Assembly (NCBI GenBank): GCA_026023565.1
Contig: JAPETS010000065.1
Location: forward strand, 1 to 64,000
Length of the DNA: 64,000 bases
Reading direction: 5' to 3'
DNA from: Cirrosporium novae-zelandiae
Lineage: Eukaryota
Shown: positions 1-9,420 of the stretch, piece by piece
Position numbering within the stretch: the stretch's first letter is position 1
Layout of the letters: every line of letters starts with the position of its first letter
Notes under the pieces: model-generated
Told to the model about the DNA's origin: nothing
What the model saw: only the letters and a program-made list of their open reading frames with translations
Database searches by the model: none
Program-made: the position numbers and the translations under genes

Positions 1-71
1 GGGGAAGTACTTATTTCTCCCCTCCCCCCCCCCCCCCCCCTATCCACCCACCCATCCCCTCTCCATTCCCA

Positions 72-1659
72 TCACCTCATCCACAACTCCCTCTCCCCCA
101 CCTCCATCCCCTCAACCCTCTCCCCCAACTTCCCCACAACAACCATGCCCCTCCCCCTCTTCAAAAACTTCCCATCCTCCATCCCCCCCACCACACCCCC
201 CCGATCCCGATCCCAAGCAATCTTCCCTCTCAAAATCGTATACCGTGGCCAGTTACGAACGATCATTCCTTCGTAGGGCGTGTAGTCTACTCCATGATGG
301 AGGATTTCTTGGGTGATTGTTATGCCGGGGTTTTGGGATGGAGAGGATGGGGAGAAATCGTGGGAGTCTGGGTACCAGATTACTAGGTCGGCATCGTAGC
401 CTACGGCGATGGAGCCCTTGGTGCCATTCATGCCGTAGAGTTTTGCGGGGTTTGTGCTTGTGAGCTGCACGAAGCGGGGGAGGGAGATTTTGCCATCGAG
501 GGCTGCGGAGAAGAGAAGGGGGAGTCTGGTTTCGACGCCCGGGAGGCCGTTGGGGATTTTTTTGAATGATGGGATACCGTCTACAAGACCCAGTTTTTTG
601 CCGGCCGGGTGATTGTAGGTGGAGGGGGCGTGGTCGGAACTAAAAGTTGTGAAGGTGCCGTTGGCGAGGTGCTGCCACATGGCTTGGAGGTCCTTGGGAT
701 CGTGGCGTAAGGGTGGGGAGCAGACGCATTTGGCACCCGAGAAGGGGTCGGTTTCTGTGCCTTTGATTTGCGAAGAGAGGAGAAAGAGGTACTGCGGGCA
801 GGTTTCGGCGTGGATGGGGAGGAGCTTTCCTTGCGCTTTGCGTACGTGTTTGACGGCGGCTGAGGCGCTCATGTGCACTAGGAGGATGGGCGCGTCGGCT
901 AGGTTTGCAAGTGCGATTATTCGGTATGTGGCTTCGTCTTCGGCGATTTGCGGACGGGAGACTGCGTGGTAGTAGGGTTCTGTGAGTCGAAATGATTCTA
1001 AAGCGTTGGTGATGTGGGCTATCATGTCGTGGTTTTCTGCGTGGATCATGGTTGTCATGCCGCACTTTCGCGCAGCCATCAGCACGGTGATAAGTTCTTT
1101 GTCTGTGAGCTTGAGGGGGTCGTAGGTCATATACAGCTTTAGGGATGTGATACCGTCGGCTGCAAGGGAGGGAAGCTCGTCATTGAGGACGGAGGGTGAT
1201 GGGTTTGTGAGAATTAGATGGAACGAGTAATCACAGTATGACTGATTCCGTGACCTCTTGTGATAGTCCTCGACGACTGGGTAGAGCGAAGCTTGATTTC
1301 TCTCCTGAGTGGCAAAGGCGAGGACAACAGTATTTCCACCGGCAATGGCACTCCGAGAACCAGTTTCCCAGTCATCTCCAGTTGGAGAATTGTCTTGTGC
1401 AAGATGAACATGCGAGTCGATACCACCAGGCGTTATATAGGCGCCTTCAGCATCAATGATTTTGGTAGATGGAGATGATGGGAGTGAGAGCCCAATGCAC
1501 ATGATCTTGCCATCTTTAATGCCGATTTCAAGGCCTGGGGAGAGAACCTCAGAAGATGTAACCTATAGAGAATTAACTAAAAGTTCCATTGATTTGATTT
1601 GATGTAGTTGAGGGATGATTTACAATGATGCCGTTCTTCACAATGGTATCAAAGTCCAT
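72..1659 (-). CDS. D-hydantoinase / dihydropyrimidinase (cyclic amidohydrolase, amidohydrolase superfamily); exons 1659-1624, 1562-72
   Basis: Metal-binding motifs DSHVHL (HxH), LKLYMTY (carboxylated Lys position), IHAEN, VHMS, SSDHAP, plus C-terminal PAKLYG..KGSIAVGYDADLVIW. A 61-nt GT..AG intron (1623-1563) joins exon 1 MDFDTIVKNGII in frame to VTSSEVLSPGLEIGIKDGKIMC. Confidence 0.93.
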
Positions 1660-2372
1660 TTTCAACTTAGGGCTTTATGGGCTGCTCGGACCGGAGACTC
1701 AAATTCCGACTTCCGACCTTTCAACTCTTTTTCGTCTGACACTTATCGAGTACAGCTACAGCAAACAAGCACAGCATTCAGATTCTACGAAGCAATAATG
1801 AGGTCCTGGAGGGGTACTTTGGATATAATTACTGGTGGGGCATAGCAAAGACCCCTCAAGTAAGATTATGGAGCTTACGGAGCATAACACATGGCTCCTT
1901 TACACCATCTCCCTCTCAAGTCTAGTTCGATTTGTTTATCTCTCGCCGACGGTCGGCCTTCTGATAAAGGTGGGATACTCCATTTCGAAGGTGGGTATAT
2001 CCGCCTCATGGGTACATGCTGATGCGGATATAGCGCAAATAAATAATTCGATGTGTGTTTATGAGTTAATTCGGTGCCATGGTTACAGTACTTCAGTGCT
2101 TGGCCTTGATTTAGAACTATTAGTCTATGGACCATTTAATCCTGTTGCAACAATTGAATCATCATTTCACTAATACCCGTATATTTGCTATCTTTCCAAA
2201 GCTAAAACGAGTATGTTTATAGATTCCATAACGAATTGATTCTTACCACTAATTGTTTTCCGGTAGACGTCCGGGAAACGAGAGTGACTTTCGTATTTGG
2301 TCGACTCAGGAAACGTTTGAAACTCAGATTCTCCATCATCCATTCCCTCATTATCTATCATCTCTACCAAAA
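1660..2372. promoter_or_regulatory. Bidirectional promoter between hydantoinase and D-carbamoylase, with several GATA-type sites and a CCG/CGG palindrome
   Basis: 713-bp head-to-head spacer. GATAR elements at about 1742, 1935, 1962, 2188 and 2350. Palindrome GCCGAC-G-GTCGGC at 1945-1957. Function is inferred. Confidence 0.5.
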
Positions 2373-3473
2373 ATGCCTCGAACGTTCAAAGTAGCTGCTG
2401 GCCAGATTGGCTGCGAACCTGTCAATGTCTCCCGCGCCGAAATCGTTGGACGAATGATCAAGCTCCTCCAGGATGCAGCATCCCAAGGAGCTAAGGTCAT
2501 CCTCTTTCCCGAAACCGCATTTACCCACACATTCTTCCCACGACATCTCTTCACGGATCAGAAGGAACTGGATTCATACTTTGAGCTTGAAGAGGATGTT
2601 ACACAGGCGCCCAACACAAAACCACTTTTTGATGAAGCAAAGAAGCTTGGTGTGGATGTCAATGTTGGATATGCTGAGCGTACAAAGGAAGGAAAGGGCT
2701 TCAACACTTGTGTATACTACTCGGCCTCCTTGGGCAAGATAATCAACAAGTATCGCAAAATTCACCTTCCAGGAACATCAGAGCCATTTGAAGACAAGGA
2801 TGCTATCAACCAACTTGAGAAGCGGTATTTCACTCCTGGGGATCTTGGATTTAAAGCTTTCCGGGCTCCAGGTGTTATTTCGGATGTGTTAAAAAAAGGT
2901 ACTAGTGAAGAAAAAACCGATGGAAAGGGAGACCCTATTTTTGGTTCACTCATCTGTAATGATCGCCGCTGGCCAGAGGGGTGGCGTGTCTATGGTCTAC
3001 AGGGTATTGAACTTGTAATGTGTGGATATAACACTGCAGGGTGGGCGCCGGATCTCTGGGGAACGAGGAAGCCAATGACTCGTGAAGAAGCAGACGAGGA
3101 TGCAGTTTTCCACCACAAGTTGGCGATGCAAGCAGGAAGTTATGCGAATAGCTGCTTCTCGGTCTCGGCGGCGAGAGCTGGTATGGACGAAGGTAAATAT
3201 GATCTAATTGGAGGAAGCTGTATCACAGATCCAGAGGGGCATATTCTTGCAGAAGCAAAGACGAAAGGGGATGAGCTTATAATTGCGGAGATTGATCTCG
3301 AAGATTGTAGGCAAGGAAAAGAGAAGGTGAGTTGTCACATCTTTTGTTGAAAATATTTTGTTTGTACTGACTGTGTATGATAGACATTCGATTTCAGCAG
3401 ACATCGAAGAATCGAAACGTACAGCCTCATCTCATCTCAGACAGAAGTCATCGAACCGGAACTGCTCGAATAG
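2373..3473 (+). CDS. N-carbamoyl-D-amino-acid amidohydrolase (D-carbamoylase, nitrilase/CN-hydrolase superfamily); exons 2373-3326, 3384-3473
   Basis: Glu-Lys-Cys triad contexts FPETAFTHTFFPR, KYRKIHLPG and ICNDRRWPE, plus QLEKRYFTPGDLGF and GYNT. These match the signature of Agrobacterium-type DCase. Intron GTGAGT(3327)..TAG(3383) adds TFDFSRHRRIETYSLI..., resembling the DCase C-terminus. ATG 2373 sits in an AAAATG context. Confidence 0.92.
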
Positions 3474-4900
3474 AATTATATGCCTTGGATGACTACTCTC
3501 TAGGTATGAGATGTGCTAGGATCTAGCGAATTCGATAACCATAAAAAAATGCTTGTGAATGTAAAGATCCCAAGTCCCATGATACCCCTGTACATGCCCT
3601 GAAAACTTAGATTTAAACCCTTATTGCTCATCATGAGCCTGAGCTCCTTTCATAGATAAAACATGATGGAGAAAATACAACCCAGAGCTTCCTATGCTAT
3701 CCAACCACGATATCAGATAATTATCACTAGCCTCACGATAAACCTATAGCTAATTAATGACCGATATCTTATCCCTAACTACTTTCGAAAGTATCTAGGT
3801 TGACAATAGGTATCAATCCTCAAAATTACACCTAATATATATCATACATACCATACAGTGTGTAATTTAAGCTATCGGTCGGTCTATCGGGCCAAAGGAC
3901 AAACTCCCCCTTCGGTATCTTCGGTAAAATATCGGAATACCCGACGACAAAGACACCCACCGACACCTAAGAGGTTAGGCCTCTACCGCCCAAAAACGTT
4001 ATCTTTCCAGGCGGCTGTCAAGTTCAAGCCTCCAAATGTCAAATGTCAAATGTCAAATGTCACAAAGCCAAAAAGCCAAACCTCTCCAAAAGACGTCTTT
4101 CTGAAAATAATAATAATAATACCACGATTACATTATTTCCAACGTACAATACACACACAATACTATCTTCAGTATCCGAGGAGACTTTCTCCTTCAAATC
4201 CCCCGTAATAGCCCAGGTCGTTGGGTCTAGTGTTGTAGATCTCTTACAATAAACCCACACCTCTTCGGATATTTATTACCTGATTCTCGGCCATCTGTTC
4301 TGTATGTGGAGACCCTTTAACTACTGTGTATAGGATTTGGGGATTTGGGGATTTTAGAGGGAATGAGGGACAAGTTAGTGGATTAGTCAATTGATGGTTA
4401 GCTAATTAGTTTGCTTGATATAGTTTTTTTAATTGATTGATTGATTGATTGATCATCCACGTGGGGTGGGGGTGGGCTTGTGGTTGCTCTTCTCTCTTTC
4501 TTCTCTTCTTTTTTTTGGAATTTGTTGTCCCATTTATATATCTCTTATAGCCAGTTGTTTCTCTCTCTCTCTCTGTCTTGGAATTGGAGGAATAAGGACT
4601 TAAAAGAGAGAAAAGGATAGTAACAGAAAAAACTAGGAAAGGAATAGCCAACCTACAAACAGTATACTAGCCAGACGGAAAAATAGCTGAGAAGGGCAGG
4701 TTTCAATTCGTTTTGCTCTCACACACATCCATCTATCTTATCTTTTTTGATTACTTTTTGTTTTTCACTTTGGAAACCTCCAATCCATCATCCACCCATC
4801 CATCATTCTATATACGGAAGAATTAGAATTTCACCAAATAAAAATCGGCATTACTACTTACTACTACCGCCACTTACTACCGCCACTGCCACCAACAAAA

Positions 4901-5704
4901 ATGTCCGCCCCATCTCCCGCCCTCCCAACCATAACCGGCACAACCCACTCCGCCCCTCACCGAATCCTACTCATAAACCCAAATGGCACGCCCTCAATGA
5001 CGAAAGCTTGTTTAAGCTCCCTAGCACCCACCCTCCCAGCCGATGTCGAGGTGACCGGTTTCACAACCCCACATCCCACCCCCTCAGCAATCGAAGGGCA
5101 TGTCGACGGGGTCCTCTCCGCGGCGGCAGCCCTCCGCTCGATTCTCCCAATCTCGAAAAACTACGACGCCTTCCTCGTCGCCTGCTTCAGCGCGCATCCC
5201 CTCATAAACGCGCTGAGAGAGGAGGTCGAGGGCCCTGTTATCGGGATCATGGAGGCCAGTTTTTATGCTAGTCGCATGCTTGGGGGTCGCTTGGGGGTTG
5301 TGGCTACTGGGGAGAGGTCTAAGGTTATGCATGAGGATGCTATCAGGGGGTATGGGTTTGAAGGGTTCAGTGCTGGGGTAGAGACGTCTGGGTTGGGGGT
5401 TCTAGATCTAGAGAGGAGGGACCGCGCCGAAGTTTTGGGGAAGGTGGGAGAGGCTGCGAAGAGGTTAGTTGAAGGGAAGGGTGCTGATTGTGTTTGTTTG
5501 GGCTGTGCGGGGATGACGGATATGCGGAGGAGGTGTGAGGAGGTTGTGGGGACTAGGGACGGGAAGGTCATGGTTGTCGATGGGGTCGGGATTGGAGTTC
5601 AGTTTTTGGTGGGGTTGGTTAGGGAGAGGTTGCGGACTGCTAAGGGGGGGGTGTTTAGAAGCGCTGCAGAGGGGAGAAGAGCTAGAGGGCAGGATTGGGT
5701 TTGA
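4901..5704 (+). CDS. DCG1: Hydantoin racemase (Asp/Glu/hydantoin racemase family, Dcg1-like), intronless, 267 aa
   Basis: RILLINPNGTPSMT N-terminal motif and the two catalytic Cys contexts LVACFSAHPL and CLGCAGM; also PVIGIMEAS and VVDGV. Start in AAAAATG context. Confidence 0.92.
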   Translation: MSAPSPALPTITGTTHSAPHRILLINPNGTPSMTKACLSSLAPTLPADVEVTGFTTPHPTPSAIEGHVDGVLSAAAALRSILPISKNYDAFLVACFSAHPLINALREEVEGPVIGIMEASFYASRMLGGRLGVVATGERSKVMHEDAIRGYGFEGFSAGVETSGLGVLDLERRDRAEVLGKVGEAAKRLVEGKGADCVCLGCAGMTDMRRRCEEVVGTRDGKVMVVDGVGIGVQFLVGLVRERLRTAKGGVFRSAAEGRRARGQDWV

Positions 5705-5860
5705 TGCGTGGTCGAGTTCGAAATTTCCTTTAGGGTTGAGGGTATATGAGCGTGGTCAAGTTCGAAATCTCTTTCTAGGTTTTTGGGCTTGATGCGTAGT
5801 CGAGTTCGAAATCTTTCTAGGTTTTTGGGTGTGAGTGTGGTCAAGTTCGAATTCCTTTTA
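5701..5860 (+). repeat. Minisatellite, 4 imperfect copies of a ~41-44-bp unit (core GYGTRGTCRAGTTCGAA)
   Basis: GTTCGAA cores at 5716, 5760, 5804 and 5845. Copies 2 and 3 share TTTCTAGGTTTTTGGG. The first copy overlaps the racemase stop codon. Confidence 0.85.
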
Positions 5861-6351
5861 GGCTTTTCGGGATGGGATGAGAGCTTTGATTTTTATTTTG
5901 CTTCTCCAGTTCAGTTCCAAATCCAACCTGGGGTGGTCACCATCAAGGTCCATGAGCAGTTGCCCCTCAGGTCCATGACCATGACCATCCCACATAAAAA
6001 CCCCTCCAGTTCTCTTTTCTCTTTTCCTCTCTACATATATATTCCCTACCTTTCCACTATTCATATCAATCAAAGTGTGGATAACCAACAAACCCTACTA
6101 CCATAAACTACATTACATTACGCTTTTTTACTTATATTCGATTCTTCTTCTTCTACACTACTACACTCCGTTATCCTCTATAAATATTATTCTTCTACAA
6201 TAACTTTACACACGGGGCATCAATTCGAACGCCTATACTATACACCACACACACTACTACTACTACAAGATATATATCCCACACCTCCATTTTCAACATC
6301 AAACCAAACCAAACAACTCACCACAAACCATCCACCCTTTTCCTCCCAAAA

Positions 6352-6957
6352 ATGTCACCACCATCATCACCAAGCTTTGTTCCAATCCTCGTTCCAGCCT
6401 CCTGCTCGCTTCCAAATGAAAACGCAAACGGAAACGGAGCAGTGGACAATAGGGGGGATTGGGAGCTATTTGGAGATGAGGATAATGGTAATAGAGGTTC
6501 CATGAATTCGGATATGATTTCTGACATGGATGGTCTATGTGACATGGGCTATGGATATGGTGATGATGCCGTAGCTGTTGTTGATGATGGTGTTTCTGTT
6601 GTTGTTGATGATATTGGTATTGTTGTTGATAGCATTGCTATTGTTGTTGATAGGGAGGGTTTGAACTCCAACAACAATAACAATAACGATAACGCCAACG
6701 AACTCCCTCCGCCTCCTCCCTCTTCGACAAACCAAAACCAAAACGAAGAAAGTGGGTATTATACCGCAGCCCGAATTCTGGCTTGGTGTACGGATGTGGA
6801 GAGGCATAGGGATGTTATGGGTATGGGTGATGGGGTGGATATGCCTCCTATGCATAATATAGATAGGGATGGAGTTTTTGTGGATGTGGATTGGTATGAG
6901 GAAATTTGTATATTTTGGATGGAGATGGATGTGGATGGAAGTTATGGATGGGGATGA
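6352..6957 (+). CDS. Hypothetical low-complexity protein (Asp/Asn/Val-rich, 201 aa)
   Basis: Uninterrupted ORF with an AAAAATG start and a pyrimidine/CA-rich leader. It contains ~21-nt internal repeats (xxVVDxx) and poly-N/poly-P runs, with no recognisable domain. Confidence 0.3.
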   Translation: MSPPSSPSFVPILVPASCSLPNENANGNGAVDNRGDWELFGDEDNGNRGSMNSDMISDMDGLCDMGYGYGDDAVAVVDDGVSVVVDDIGIVVDSIAIVVDREGLNSNNNNNNDNANELPPPPPSSTNQNQNEESGYYTAARILAWCTDVERHRDVMGMGDGVDMPPMHNIDRDGVFVDVDWYEEICIFWMEMDVDGSYGWG

Positions 6958-9420
6958 GTGGTGGATAGAAAGTTATGAAGGGTTTGGGGATGGCCACTGT
7001 ATACGACCATTGTGGATATCGAACAAACGAGATCAAGACTGGAGGATGTGTATTCGATAAGGGAAGAAGAATTATATTAGATATCTAGAGTTCCGAAAAT
7101 CTATTAAAGGATTTATTAAAATCTTTCGATTGCACGTTGAGAGTCCCTGAGATTGAGTTGAATATTCAGCTAAGGACTTTAAGAGACCAATTTTCCACAG
7201 CAGAGAACGTCTTGACCAAGGTTCGCGACCAGTTGAAGGGTCAGATTTTTGATATTGGGGATGACGACTATAAAAACGATACAAGGTTCAAAAGTGATTC
7301 TATGCCAGAGGACCTGAAACAAACCTGGATCAATATTTTTAAGAAATTGGATCAGCTTATCAAAGCAGAAATAAAATACACGCTGATTCTAGAAGACCTT
7401 CTAGCAAAATAGTTTCGTGCAGGGAAATCTATCTCCAACGGAGAACCCGTAATCATTATAAAGGACCATCAATACTCGGAGGAGGGAAGATGAAGAGTTA
7501 GATCTTCAAGATATGAAGGACGGAGAATCCGGAGGGTAAGGAGCATACAAATAGTAACCTACAAATTATTATAGAAGGATTATAAGCATTCGAAGAAGAA
7601 AAATAAATAAAAAAAATTAAATCTTCAAAACATAAATACAAAGGACCTGGAGAATAATATCAATAATACCTCTATGGTTTCTGTGCAGAGGGGTTATTAT
7701 CTTCATATTCCAAATTATTCCATGCCCCCAGGCCTAATAATTAGTAATTATAACTTTCATAAAAATTAATTCTAGCCTTATATCCTTCCTTACCACAGTA
7801 CACACACAAAAAAAAAAAAATAATAACAACCTTCATCTCACCTTCAAGCTGAAAAGAAATTAATTAACGCTAGCTGAAAAAGGCCCCCCGTTTGGCTCGT
7901 CGGTTTTCTAGACTATACGTAAAAAAAAAAAAAAGTAGATTTAGTTTACTGTGGAGGGATTTTTTTTGAGTAGGTAAATTTGTAGGGATGGTTGATCATA
8001 TTTCATATATTATTTTTGCTGTGGGAGGGTTATTTGGTTAATATAAATTATTTATTAAAGAATAAGAGTTTAGGGAGGGGTTGATGGATGTGGGATGTGG
8101 GATTATAGGATTATAGGATTAATTAGGGTTATGGAGGTGGAGCGGAGTGGACTAGAGGGGAGAGGGGAGGGGAGGGGGGGGGGGGGGTTGATAGATGTGG
8201 ATATATCTATGTCAAATCTCCTACTATAATATAGATATAACATAAACTATATATTATGTACCACACCCTTCTAGATATGTAAATAAATAGGTGTTTGGGT
8301 AGGTAGGTAGGTATTTATTACAGCATTTTGATGTGATCATGGGGAATAAGGATAAAGGATATGTCACATCAAATCAAATAGACTATACAATCATCCACCA
8401 TCACTACTTACCACTCCCACACCCATCTCCTTTTTTCCTACTTCCCACTTCCCTCCTCCTCCTCCTCCTCCTCCTCCTCCCCCACTCCTACCTTCCCACC
8501 CCCAGCAAACAAACCAAAATCTAAACCCTTCCCCCCAAAAAAGCTCCCCCAAATAAACAAAGCCCTGAAGGATATATATATATATATATATAAACTTGAG
8601 GGTTTTTGGTTTCAATGTTTTAATGTTTCTTAGGGGTAGGTTTGAGTTTTGGGGGGGAAGAAAGGAGAAGGATGGATGAAAAGAGATGGGTTGAGGTGAT
8701 GAGATTGAGGTTGAGGTGGGTGACATTATATCATATCATATTATATTACGTGAGTTAGATCTTTGAATTCCAAATCTTTAGTCCTGAGTCCTGAGTCCCG
8801 ACGGAACACTATAACATAACAGAATATAACCGACCTACAAAATACATATAATTAAACAACCACCTTTCTCTCTCTCTTTCACCCCCCCAAAAATCTAGTC
8901 CCTTGCCATTAGTATAGACTAACTTATATAATAAGAGAAGAGAAGAGAAGAGAAGAGAATCGGAGCTAGAAGGAAGGGAAGGTCAATAAATAACACGTAA
9001 GTCGAGAGAGAGGCTGTTTAATTCTATGATAGGTTGGGTATGTTGGTGGTGGTGGTGATAGGAGGAGGAGGAGGAGGAGTAATACACTTTATCTATTTTT
9101 CGTTAATTATCTACATGCTATGATGATTTGATGATTTAATTTGATTTGATTTGAATTTATAGAATATAAAAAGTTTTTTTTTTCGGATCTTGGATTTTGA
9201 GGGTTTTGAGGTTTTGTGGTTTTTGGTTGTGATAAATAGATGGATGATATAGTTAGTAGCAGTAATAATACATTTACTCACTAATATACCACTTCAACGT
9301 CTCACCCACTTCCCATATAGGCTCTCCTCCCTATAATCTTTTTTTTTTTGGTTGGTTCCAGTCTTCATGAGGTTTTCTTTTCTTTGTACATTTACATGTA
9401 CCTTAGACCCCCCCCCCCCC

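Noticed and set aside
2253..2372. N-terminal extension of the carbamoylase given by the ORF track
   Set aside because: It starts at a non-ATG codon. ATG 2373 has a good context and matches the family N-terminus.
72..3473. Ordinary reductive pyrimidine catabolism (dihydropyrimidinase + beta-ureidopropionase)
   Set aside because: The nitrilase-family protein carries the D-carbamoylase motif ICNDRRWPE, not the ureidopropionase motif. A racemase is adjacent and no dihydropyrimidine dehydrogenase is in the window. It is not fully excluded without assays.
5701..5860. CRISPR-like regularly spaced repeat
   Set aside because: Eukaryotic context, no cas genes, degenerate repeats, and spacers similar to each other. 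It is a minisatellite.
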